64,000 nucleotides of DNA from an uncultured candidate division Zixibacteria bacterium (GTDB lineage: Bacteria > Zixibacteria > MSB-5A5 > UBA10806 > 4484-95). Below, in pieces: positions 37,247 to 46,614 of the stretch; the stretch's first letter is position 1; every line of letters starts with the position of its first letter. The stretch lies in NCBI GenBank assembly GCA_963668625.2, contig CAXXKA010000010.1:192001-256000 (forward strand), in the 5' to 3' direction. The notes under the pieces were generated by a model. The model saw only the letters and a program-made list of their open reading frames with translations, had not been told where the DNA came from and ran no database searches. The position numbers and the translations under genes were made by a program.

Positions 37247-39112
37247 ATGAACAAACGGTTGGCATTAATATTATTAACCTCGATTTTCGCGCTTACTACC
37301 ACTATTGCATTTTGTCAGGATCCCGGTGTACAGGATTCGCTGGCATTCGGTAATCCTGATGGTTCCCCTGTTCAGGTCTTTATCAGTAGCGAACTCAGAA
37401 TCCCGGTATATATCAAATGCGATGAGAACGTGTCGTTTTTGCATATCTGCCTGGCTACCGAAAACGAATTTATTCCACAAAGGGATATTTATGTCCCCGC
37501 CGAGAATATCCAGGGCTGGCGTCAGTATGGTACATTGCCGGTTGATGGTTATCCCGGGGATGGTTTAACCTCGCAATCGTTAGTCGCGATTGCCGACTAT
37601 TCGGTGGCCGAACCGGAATTTATCAATACTAACGGCGAATGGCAACTGGTATGCGAATTCGTTATGCACACCACCGATAACACTGGAGCGATGGGGCAGA
37701 TAAGCAACATGTGGCCGGGTGAGGATCCGATCGAGGGCGTGACAGTGCTTTTCGATGAGTTCTTCGCGCCATTCGTGCCGGCTATGGTTTTTTCCGACCT
37801 GGAGTTTTTGGAGGCTACACCTCCTGTTTTTACCTCGCCTGCGCCGGATACGACAATCAATCTGAATAGCCATTACCCTTATTCCGTTACCGTGGATATT
37901 ATTGATGAGGACGAGGATGAGATAACCCTGGATGTAAGCTGTGCTTACGAGGACTATGAAATAACCGAGATACTCAACGAGGCCGGTCACGCTCAATATC
38001 TGTTTAGTTGGATCCCACCCTCGGATTGCAACACCGAGGTGCCGGTTACCTTTACGGCCACCGATGAGAACAACTTGAGCGCCGACCTGACTTTGAACAT
38101 AATGGTGGAGCCGGTTAAAATTACGGTTACCCCGGACACCACGCTTTACGGTTACTCCTCCTCCGTTGATATTTATATGGAAATTAGCGGTACGAACTCC
38201 AATGTCGGATCTTTCGATTTGATGTTCGAATGGGATGCCGATGTGCTCGAGCTTATAGGTACGGAGTTTGCCGGTGATTTCGCCGAATGGGAGTATTTAA
38301 ACGCTTCTGTCGATCCGCTTGGTCCCGGTTCGTTGATTCTTTTCGGACTGGCTAATATGGAAACAGGCGATATTCCCCCGATGACGGTGGGCACATATCA
38401 TGTCGCTACGCTTAATTTCCAAACATCCGGTAATCCGGATAACCAGGGTTATGCGTTCGATATCGGTATGCCGGTTGACCAGATGAATTATAACGTACTT
38501 ACTGATTCGAGTGGCTACGTAGTTTATCACCCCGAGATCGATCCCGCATACGTTTACTTCATGCCTGTCGGGGATGTCTTGATCGGTGACGTGAATTTGA
38601 ATCTTCTGCCGTATGAAACCGGTGATGTGGTAGTGTTCGTCGACCATCTCGTCGATCCCGGCGAATCACCGTTCAATGCCGCCCAGAGATATGCCTCCGA
38701 CTGCAATCAGGATTTGATACCTGCGACTGTCGCCGATTTGATTTTCATGCTCAACGTGATCAATAACGGCCAGATATCCGGTTCGGTCGTAGAGGGTGAA
38801 TCACCCGAACTCGAATTCGATCCAACCCAATCGGGTACGACATTATCGCTGGAAAGTGATATCCCGGTCGGAGCGGTTTATGTTAAAGTTAATCACGAAA
38901 GTGTTGATATTGAAAATATCAGGGCGGCTGCCGGCTATAATATCTCGACAATGGATAGCGATGATATTCTTACCCTGGTTATTTATCCTCAGCAAACCAA
39001 TGGAGTTGTCTCGGGAGAGTTGCTGTCGCTCGATTTGAATCCCGGCGACATGCAGAATCTCGATATTATCAGCGTGGAATTTTCCACCCCCGAGGGAGCG
39101 CTCATCAGGTAA
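37247..39112 (+). CDS. secreted cohesin/dockerin protein without C-terminal sorting domain
   Basis: Signal peptide; Ig-like D.DED domain; cohesin VGSFDLMFEWD; dockerin GDVNLN...ASDCNQD. Paralogous to 51714-54029. Confidence 0.8.
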   Translation: MNKRLALILLTSIFALTTTIAFCQDPGVQDSLAFGNPDGSPVQVFISSELRIPVYIKCDENVSFLHICLATENEFIPQRDIYVPAENIQGWRQYGTLPVDGYPGDGLTSQSLVAIADYSVAEPEFINTNGEWQLVCEFVMHTTDNTGAMGQISNMWPGEDPIEGVTVLFDEFFAPFVPAMVFSDLEFLEATPPVFTSPAPDTTINLNSHYPYSVTVDIIDEDEDEITLDVSCAYEDYEITEILNEAGHAQYLFSWIPPSDCNTEVPVTFTATDENNLSADLTLNIMVEPVKITVTPDTTLYGYSSSVDIYMEISGTNSNVGSFDLMFEWDADVLELIGTEFAGDFAEWEYLNASVDPLGPGSLILFGLANMETGDIPPMTVGTYHVATLNFQTSGNPDNQGYAFDIGMPVDQMNYNVLTDSSGYVVYHPEIDPAYVYFMPVGDVLIGDVNLNLLPYETGDVVVFVDHLVDPGESPFNAAQRYASDCNQDLIPATVADLIFMLNVINNGQISGSVVEGESPELEFDPTQSGTTLSLESDIPVGAVYVKVNHESVDIENIRAAAGYNISTMDSDDILTLVIYPQQTNGVVSGELLSLDLNPGDMQNLDIISVEFSTPEGALIR

Positions 39113-39137
39113 ATTTGTTTGAATAATACACCCGAGT

Positions 39138-39174
39138 AAAACCTGCCGATAGCAAGCTATCGACAGGTTTTTTA
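39138..39174 (+). terminator. Rho-independent terminator
   Basis: AAAACCTGCCGATAGC-AA-GCTATCGACAGGTTTTTT. Confidence 0.8.
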
Positions 39175-39309
39175 TTGATCCTAAAAAACACCGGCTTAGT
39201 TGGTGTGTCCATTTAAAGCGAAGCGTTTGCAGTAAATTTTATCATCCACAGCAGCGACTGATTCTTTCAATAGCGGTACTATCCTATATCTGCTCTTGCC
39301 TCGGAGGGA

Positions 39310-39449
39310 TTGTTGAAAAAGTCCGTTCCACGAGTCGTTGGGCGGACGAAGTCCTTTGTTCATTTTTTCCCGGCGAAATACTGCATGATTTCAGGTGGCA
39401 GGAAGGGATTCCTGCCACCACCGTCATCCAACAAGGACTTTTTCAACAA
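39310..39449. mobile_element. MITE-like element, second copy
   Basis: 15-bp TIRs TTGTTGAAAAAGTCC/GGACTTTTTCAACAA; inverted homolog of 14960-15091. Confidence 0.65.
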
Positions 39450-39607
39450 CCACGGAGGAAGTAATCCAGTACGGTCTTTTCTTTTTATAGTACTAAACTC
39501 TATTTCTCTTTAGTTATCTTATATAGAGGGGAGGCAAAACTAAGTTTTTAGAATACGGAGGGTTACAAAATCGGAGTTTTGTAATCAGTACAACCCTTCC
39601 CCAACCC

Positions 39608-39809
39608 CTGGATCCTGAATCAAGTTCAGGATGACATTTTGTGGGCGGCACACGTCCGCGTGTGCCCCTTAACAGTAAATTTGAGTTGGTGAATGCGGCA
39701 GACGAGGACGTCTGCCAGCCACGGAATCTTGAGATGTTAGGAACCGGTGATAGCCTGCTTAAGCCGGCAGGATAAAAGCCACCGGCCCTGTGGCCGGTGG
39801 TAGTTTACT
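39608..39809. repeat. cluster of REP-like palindromes
   Basis: GGATCCTGAATCAAGTTCAGGATGAC, GGCACACGTCCGCGTGTGCC, GGCAGACGAGGACGTCTGCC and CCACCGGCC...GGCCGGTGG. Confidence 0.6.
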
Positions 39810-39850
39810 TTAAACGCCGTATCTGTTAGAGTTCGGTTAATGGGAAAAGT

Positions 39851-41029
39851 CTACGAACTGCTGTTTATTTGCTCTGTTATCTCCGAGGTCGGGGCTATAT
39901 ACCTGCTTTCGACAGTGTTCACGGCCGCTTCGACTTTATCGAAAAACGATGTCACGCTGGAGACGAGCAATTCCTTCGTCTGGGCGGTGTAACGAGATTC
40001 GATTCCGACCTGAGAGCTTAGCTCGTTGAAGAAATCATCGATTTTACCCAGTAATTGATCCTCGGCTTGTCCCATGTAATCATCGACCATATTAAAAAAG
40101 TCACCTATTAATTCACCGCCGACATTCTGGTTATCCAGGAGCGCCTCTGTAGTGTTCAAGTATTGTTCGGTATTACCGCTGTTCTCCAGCCCCGTAGCCT
40201 GCTGGCTGAACTTCTGTAACGACCTGTAATTGAACGAGAAATCCTGCGTGTAACGCATCGACATTTTACGTGAAATTCTTAAAAAGCCGTCGGAATATGA
40301 TTTATCCAGTTGAAAGCTTTTGGACATGCTGTCACGATAAAACGCCGCAGCTTTAAACTGCCGAGACTGAAGTTTCATGCTCATAGCGTTTCTTTCGCCC
40401 ACACTGTAGCCCGCGCTCCTGTTCAAATCGGATTGATCGAGAGCCTCGGGATTATCATAGGTTACTTTTTGGTTGACCAGAGCCTTAACGTTCAAATCGG
40501 TGCTCAGGCCGATCCTCAGATTATTGAGTGTCGTGGTTTCGAGTTGCCCGTCCTCGGCATCCTGGGCCAGTGTAGTAACCATGCGCTCGAAATCCGAGAG
40601 ATTGAATTTCATGCTCAGGGTAACGAGGTTGATCCATTCCCGCTCATGGGAGGTCATCACGGCCTCATCGCCGTTACCCTCGCCTTCTGCCGGTGTCGTT
40701 TCATCGGTTTCGGACGAGTTATTAGCCATCTGTGGTTTAGTATAAACCACCGGCTCGGATATATTTTTCCGATTGCCGAGATCCGGTGAGATGCTATCTT
40801 GAGGTTGCGATACTATTTCCGGTTTGATATTAATAGTGGGCTCGGCGGGTTTCTCCAGTGTCAACCCCGGCTTCTGATAACTATCGCTGCCGGTCAACCT
40901 GTTCCTGATACGAGAGGAAAGACCGAACCTGTCATCGTTATCGCTAAGGCGCGTGAAAAAACCGCCAAAATTAAATCGGCTCATTGAAAAATTATTTAGC
41001 AAACCGAACATTTCCCTGTTGGAATACAT
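39851..41029 (-). CDS. hypothetical protein
   Basis: 392-aa ORF with strong AAGGAGG SD, a low-complexity N-terminal half and a helical C-terminus. Confidence 0.75.
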   Translation of the reverse strand: MYSNREMFGLLNNFSMSRFNFGGFFTRLSDNDDRFGLSSRIRNRLTGSDSYQKPGLTLEKPAEPTINIKPEIVSQPQDSISPDLGNRKNISEPVVYTKPQMANNSSETDETTPAEGEGNGDEAVMTSHEREWINLVTLSMKFNLSDFERMVTTLAQDAEDGQLETTTLNNLRIGLSTDLNVKALVNQKVTYDNPEALDQSDLNRSAGYSVGERNAMSMKLQSRQFKAAAFYRDSMSKSFQLDKSYSDGFLRISRKMSMRYTQDFSFNYRSLQKFSQQATGLENSGNTEQYLNTTEALLDNQNVGGELIGDFFNMVDDYMGQAEDQLLGKIDDFFNELSSQVGIESRYTAQTKELLVSSVTSFFDKVEAAVNTVESRYIAPTSEITEQINSSS

Positions 41030-41325
41030 ATACCCTCCTTGGTAATTACTATTTTACATTTTGTATCGGAAAAAACGGCTTTTTATAAAGCCTTTATTGC
41101 AACATATAACGTATTATAAGGTATAGAGTTAGTGAGTGTAGAGCGTTATGGTAATCAGAAGCTGATTGTAAGAAATAATGATTCAACAGGTTATGAGAGT
41201 TAATCCAAACGGCTAGTTTTGCAACATTTTATTCGAATAATTATCATCGATAAAAATCTTATTTAATCCGGCTAATTGTCCCTGACGATATATCATGTAG
41301 AGAAATGATAATATCCGGAGGAACG

Positions 41326-42351
41326 ATGTATCGAATATTGCTCTTAAGCCTGATTATGATTTTTGTGGGATGCGCTCATGATAATGTTCAAAATACTGAC
41401 GGGGACAGCAATACGATATTGGTCGTAGATTATCCCGATGATTCCCTGGTAGATTATATCAGTTCCTATAGGCTTTCGGTTATCGCCGTCGATATTATCG
41501 ACCCGGTTAGTCAATCGGCGGAAATTACATCCACGGCAAATTCGATAGATTCGATCGAGGCTTATATTCCCCCCGGCGAACAAAGGGTGTTAACCATATA
41601 TTTCCTTGATGACGAAGGTAGCGTGATTTTCTGGAGTAAGGGAGAAAGCGATATCGCCGAGGATGATAACACGACCTTATCGGTATCGGCGTACCAGGCG
41701 GCGGCGCGTTCGGCCACGCGGGTGAAAATTCTTCGCGATAATCTGCCATGGAATTCAGATGCCCTCGATGTGGTACTTTCGGATATCGGTCTCTCGCTGG
41801 GCGTGGGGGATGATCAATACCAGGTAATAGCCTCGGATGCTTTCGATACGGTCAGCCTGGAGGCGGGGGAGGACCTGGTTATAATCGCTAACGATCAGGG
41901 GCAGGTTTTTTACGATAACTACTCGGAGTCTCAGGATAAGATTGAACTGTTTATTTCCGATGGCGGCACGATACTCTGGGAGGCTTGCGATCTTGGATGG
42001 GCCAGAGGCTCGATAGACTCCTCCGGTCTGGAGTTGCCCATGGGAGTGGAAACTATAAGCGGCTATGAAAACAACAATTACATTACCAGTTCGCTTTACA
42101 ATATTACCGCTGGGTTGGACAGCGTATTAATCGGCAATTACGCCTCGCACGAGGGCTTTATCAACACTCCGCAGGGAGCTCTGGTTTATACCCGCGACAG
42201 CCGGGGATTGCCTACTCTGATGTCTTTCAGCAATGGGCTTGGCTGGGTAATTATTACCGGTCAACCGCTCGAATATAATTTCCAGGCTGATAATTCATCC
42301 TCACCGGGGTCGTTACTTCCCCGAATAATAAGCCATGTTCTGGGCATATGA
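41326..42351 (+). CDS. hypothetical lipoprotein
   Basis: GGAGG SD before ATG 41326 and lipobox FVGC. The C-terminal region resembles a class I glutamine amidotransferase-like fold (FISDGG, GLGWVIITGQPLE). Confidence 0.7.
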   Translation: MYRILLLSLIMIFVGCAHDNVQNTDGDSNTILVVDYPDDSLVDYISSYRLSVIAVDIIDPVSQSAEITSTANSIDSIEAYIPPGEQRVLTIYFLDDEGSVIFWSKGESDIAEDDNTTLSVSAYQAAARSATRVKILRDNLPWNSDALDVVLSDIGLSLGVGDDQYQVIASDAFDTVSLEAGEDLVIIANDQGQVFYDNYSESQDKIELFISDGGTILWEACDLGWARGSIDSSGLELPMGVETISGYENNNYITSSLYNITAGLDSVLIGNYASHEGFINTPQGALVYTRDSRGLPTLMSFSNGLGWVIITGQPLEYNFQADNSSSPGSLLPRIISHVLGI

Positions 42352-42764
42352 TATACGGTACCGGGACCAATTCCTAAAGAACTTGACCATCTATCTAACT
42401 GAGCTTGTCGTGAATGCTGACATACTAATGTATGGATATGCAAAAAACGATTTATAACCATATTCAAGCGATATGTTATTTCTAGTTACCAAACTCCGTG
42501 GCACAAGCCATGCCTAACGGCTTTTAGTTTTACAAATATTTGAGAAACTCTGTTTTGGTTAGTTTTTTGTATATATAGCGATGTCAATATATAGTTAATC
42601 GAATACGGTAGATTCCAAAATCGGGATTTTAAACCAGTAATAGCCGATTTGAGCGGGCAGGATATTAAGCCGCAGCCCCGTTAGCCGGTGATAGTTTGCT
42701 AATATAATCAAGTGATATACTGATAAAAGATAATCTATATGAATTATTGAGAGTGCCGAAAAAA

Positions 42765-44006
42765 TTACTCGGCGCTTTCGGGCTTTTTGTCCAGGATTAA
42801 TTTCTTGTCCTTGAATTTATCCAGAGATAATATCACCGACCCCATACCGGCTCCGAGTATTATTGCCATTATCAACCAGTTCAGGATAGGAACCATCATT
42901 AACAGGACAACTACCACCACACCGATTAAGAACGTTATCGAGCTTAGCGGTTTTTTACCGAGATTCAGTATTTTACCTATCGCGCAACCTACGAATTGTA
43001 TGGCGTAAATTGCTCCTGAAATACCGAATATACCGAATATGAAGAGTAGTAAAAATCCCAGCGGCCATCCCAAAAAGGAGATAAAGGCAATCAGGGAGAT
43101 GAAAGGAAGCAGCAAAACGATAAGTATGCCCAATCCCAGAGCCGTAAAAAATTTCTCCTGCATAACGATGACAGCCCGGGCGGCCGTTTTCTTGCTTAAG
43201 TTCAGTATAATCAAGCCGCAAATTGCCAATGAAAACAAGGATAGGATGATAAGACCGGTGTTATTGAACACCAGCAACCAAATCATCACCCATAAGTAGT
43301 ATAAAAACGATGCTACGATGAACATTATTATCGAGATTACCATGGGCGTTAAGGCGCGATAGCCGGATTTCTTACCGTCAATTTCAACTTGCTGCCATTT
43401 CGTCTCGCCTTTGATTCGTACGCTGTTGGGGATTTTGATATCTTCGGGGGTTTTATAGGTTAAATTGCCGTTTATAACGACATTGGGCATTATCATGAGT
43501 TTTTCGGTCTGGATGTCGACATCACCGTTAATTACACCTGAAAGAGTAATCGAACCACAACCGACTTTCAAATCGTTACCGATATAGCCATCGAACTCGA
43601 CCTCATCGGCATAAATAGTGGCGTCCTTGCCGATTTTAGTTCCCGGCACGACAATCACTTTCTGGCCGGCGGCAACTAGATTTCTGCCGATTACTGAGTT
43701 TATATCGATCGTACGGGCAAATGCCCTTACGGAGGATTTGACCTCTCCGCCGACATTAACCTTTTCGCTGGCCCAAATAATATTTCCATCACAATTGCCG
43801 TAGAAAACCAGTTCGCGGCTGGCGCCTATTAAATCGCCCTCAATACTCGATTCAAAACGAACTCTGTTACCGCTGATAACAAGGTCGTCATCGAAATTTT
43901 CCGTAGATTCGAAAATCTGGCTTTCTATGCCGAGAAAGATAGTCGCCTGGCAGGCCCCTACCAGTCCAATCAGAAGTAAAATCGCGGTTATGTATTTTAG
44001 TCTCAT
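42765..44006 (-). CDS. bactofilin-like (polymer-forming) beta-helix protein with C-terminal TM helices
   Basis: Signal peptide, repeated V.G.V.GDL-type units and about 6 TM helices. Confidence 0.75.
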   Translation of the reverse strand: MRLKYITAILLLIGLVGACQATIFLGIESQIFESTENFDDDLVISGNRVRFESSIEGDLIGASRELVFYGNCDGNIIWASEKVNVGGEVKSSVRAFARTIDINSVIGRNLVAAGQKVIVVPGTKIGKDATIYADEVEFDGYIGNDLKVGCGSITLSGVINGDVDIQTEKLMIMPNVVINGNLTYKTPEDIKIPNSVRIKGETKWQQVEIDGKKSGYRALTPMVISIIMFIVASFLYYLWVMIWLLVFNNTGLIILSLFSLAICGLIILNLSKKTAARAVIVMQEKFFTALGLGILIVLLLPFISLIAFISFLGWPLGFLLLFIFGIFGISGAIYAIQFVGCAIGKILNLGKKPLSSITFLIGVVVVVLLMMVPILNWLIMAIILGAGMGSVILSLDKFKDKKLILDKKPESAE

Positions 44007-44079
44007 TCGGTCCTCCCTTTAACTTTACGACCATTTTGAAAATAATGTTACAAAAAAGCGGCAATTGTAAAGAGAAAAC

Positions 44080-44108
44080 TTGCCAGGACATCCTATATTG
44101 AATATATT
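44080..44108 (+). promoter_or_regulatory. sigma70-type promoter, probably for a leaderless transcript
   Basis: TTGCCA-N17-TATATT ending 6 nt before ATG 44115, with no SD. Confidence 0.5.
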
Positions 44109-44114
44109 AAAACT

Positions 44115-44627
44115 ATGGCAAAAAGCAGTAACAAAATCGATAGATATCCAATTTATAAAATATTACCTCGTTTGATATTAGGCGCTGCTGAGGCGGGTTT
44201 ATCCGTATACCTGGTTATTAGTTTCAAGATGTATCTGGGATTGGCGTTTAGCGCGTACTGGATTTTTTCGATGCTGGTATTATTGCCACTACTGAGATGT
44301 ACTAAATGCTATTATTATGGCAAAAGATGCAATACCGGTTGGGGCGTTTATGCCAAAGTGGTATTTCCCAGGGGTGAACCCGAGTATTTTCAGTCGGGGT
44401 ATGCCTTAACGGTTATTCTCTGGCCGCTCAGGATGTTGCCGGTCGCTGTCGGATTGTTAAATCTGATCGGTGGTCTGGAATTCATTCCTGATGGCTTGTT
44501 TGGAATTTATATTTTAATCATAATTTTGCATCGAATTTATTATCGTAGTTCGAATTGCCCGGTTTGCCATCAACAACAGGTTTGCCCGGTTTACAATCCA
44601 CACGTTTTAAAAGCGAATAAAGAATAA
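44115..44627 (+). CDS. Cys-rich small membrane protein
   Basis: 4 TM segments; RCTKCYYYGKRC..GWG and CPVC.QQ..CP. Confidence 0.75.
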   Translation: MAKSSNKIDRYPIYKILPRLILGAAEAGLSVYLVISFKMYLGLAFSAYWIFSMLVLLPLLRCTKCYYYGKRCNTGWGVYAKVVFPRGEPEYFQSGYALTVILWPLRMLPVAVGLLNLIGGLEFIPDGLFGIYILIIILHRIYYRSSNCPVCHQQQVCPVYNPHVLKANKE

Positions 44628-44889
44628 TTAAACCTGTAATTAAATGGTTATTTATGCGTACTATAATATCCGTATAGTGACGCTTAAGTTATTACTATTA
44701 GCAATAAAAGCCCACTTTACCGCGAAAATCATCTTCCGATTTGCAACAAAATATTTGATTTGAACTTAGTTTTTTCATCAAATCGATTAAACTTATTGTT
44801 CTCCACTTATCCTAAAGGCAATATCGCCGATATAGAAAGTGGTGATAGAAATAATTTTCTAACTGTCTTAAGGTAACTGGCGAATACTT

Positions 44890-46614
44890 ATGGATGATTT
44901 TTTAAAGACTCAGGTAAAAAAAACAAGCAAGTTAAATATAACATCAGAATTGAAGAAATTTAATCTTGATGTGAACAAGCAGAAAAATCCAAAAGATTCA
45001 ACTGTTGACGGCGGGATAGGTTATGACGACCTGGCCTCGCTATACGATGTCAGTCAGGCTGTCAATTCGACATTAATCCTGGATGATATATTGTCTTTGG
45101 TGATGACCCGGGCAATTCGCCTTTTGAATGCGGAACGTGGTTTTTTGATGCTTCTCGACGAGGATGGGAATCTTCAGTTTAAAACCGCCCATAATATTCG
45201 TAAGGAGCAGTTAGACTCACACGATATGAAAATCTCCACCACCGTTGCCGATATGGTTGTCAAAACCGGCGAGGCCGTGTATACCTCGGATGCCCAGATA
45301 GATGATCGTTTCTCACAAAAAGCCTCGATTATAGATTTGAATATTCGGTCGGCAATGTGCGTACCGTTGATGATTCAGAAGAGGACTATCGGTGTACTCT
45401 ATCTCGATAACTCCTCTCAGGCGAATATTTTCCTCAAACAGGATTTGAAACTGTTCGAGATGTTTGCCGCCCAGGCTGCGGTCGCGATTCATAACGCCGG
45501 CTTATATACCGAGGTCCTGGAGCTTCAGAAATACCAGGAAAACATTTTGAAAAATACGCCTGTAGGTATACTTGTAATAAATCATGATACGATTATCACG
45601 ACCGCCAACGAAACGAGCATCCAGCTTTATTCGCGTATCGGGTGGCAGGCTAACGCGAAAGGCGAGGTGAAACTTACCGGAGTCAAGCTCGAAGATACGA
45701 TGCCGGCCGAGTTCTACAAACATTTCGCTAAAACCGTAAAAGCAGCCTCCAGCGAACCGGTCGAGATAAACCGTCTCAGCGTACAGAACGAAGGTGAGGA
45801 GATAGTTTTACGTATCAAGATTTGCCCGTTCGAAAATACCAGCAATAAACCTCATGGTCATATCATTATGATAGAGGATATCACCGAACAGGTCGTAATG
45901 GAACAATACCTGATCCTTTCCGAAAAATTCATAGCGAAAGGTGAAATGGCTGCGGCTATCGGTCATGAGCTGAACAATTACTTGACCGCGATATCAACCA
46001 ACGCCCAACTTCTGGCTATGAACCTCGAGAAAGGCGTAACGGATAAAATAAACAATAAAATCGATGTCATCGTAGAAAACGTCGATCATATAAAGCGTTT
46101 TACCGATGGTCTGATGGATTTCTCATCGCTCGAATCCAAACCGGTTAATTTCGAGTTCAAGAAATTATTGGAGGATCTGGTATTTTTCGTTCATCCCCAG
46201 CAAGCTTTTAAACGCGTCTCGTTTGAAATCGATATTCCCGATGATCTACCTACGGTGTTTATCGATGTTGGTCAGATTCACCAGGTAATTTTAAACCTGT
46301 TTATAAATGCGGCTGATGCTTTTAAGGAGGAATCAGATGGCACCGGTAATATTTCGGTGGTCGCCCGCACCATTGATGACGGCAAAGCGGTACAGATAAA
46401 AATCTCCGATGACGGACCTGGAATCGCCGCCGATATCAAGGATAAGATTTTCGATCCGCACATTACCTCAAAAAAGGACGGCCACGGTTTCGGCCTGTGG
46501 ACCTGTCAGCGTATTGTAAATAATCACCGTGGCTCGGTTACGGCTTATAATTCCGAGCAGGGTGGGGCGGTTTTCGAACTGGTGTTACCGACATCTGATA
46601 CAAGGAATGGCTGA
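44890..46614 (+). CDS. GAF-PAS sensor histidine kinase
   Basis: GAF (AERGF...GVLYLDN); PAS; H-box IGHELNN; N-box LNLFINA; DDGPG; G.GFGL. Confidence 0.92.
   Translation: MDDFLKTQVKKTSKLNITSELKKFNLDVNKQKNPKDSTVDGGIGYDDLASLYDVSQAVNSTLILDDILSLVMTRAIRLLNAERGFLMLLDEDGNLQFKTAHNIRKEQLDSHDMKISTTVADMVVKTGEAVYTSDAQIDDRFSQKASIIDLNIRSAMCVPLMIQKRTIGVLYLDNSSQANIFLKQDLKLFEMFAAQAAVAIHNAGLYTEVLELQKYQENILKNTPVGILVINHDTIITTANETSIQLYSRIGWQANAKGEVKLTGVKLEDTMPAEFYKHFAKTVKAASSEPVEINRLSVQNEGEEIVLRIKICPFENTSNKPHGHIIMIEDITEQVVMEQYLILSEKFIAKGEMAAAIGHELNNYLTAISTNAQLLAMNLEKGVTDKINNKIDVIVENVDHIKRFTDGLMDFSSLESKPVNFEFKKLLEDLVFFVHPQQAFKRVSFEIDIPDDLPTVFIDVGQIHQVILNLFINAADAFKEESDGTGNISVVARTIDDGKAVQIKISDDGPGIAADIKDKIFDPHITSKKDGHGFGLWTCQRIVNNHRGSVTAYNSEQGGAVFELVLPTSDTRNG

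Noticed and set aside
41061-41090. Sigma28 promoter for 39851-41029
   Set aside because: TCCGATAC is a fair -10 match, but the -35 is poor at the required spacing.
46529-46606. Longer GTG start for the kinase-TPR gene
   Set aside because: It overlaps the histidine kinase gene by 86 nt. ATG 46607, coupled to that gene's stop, fits the kinase domain start better.
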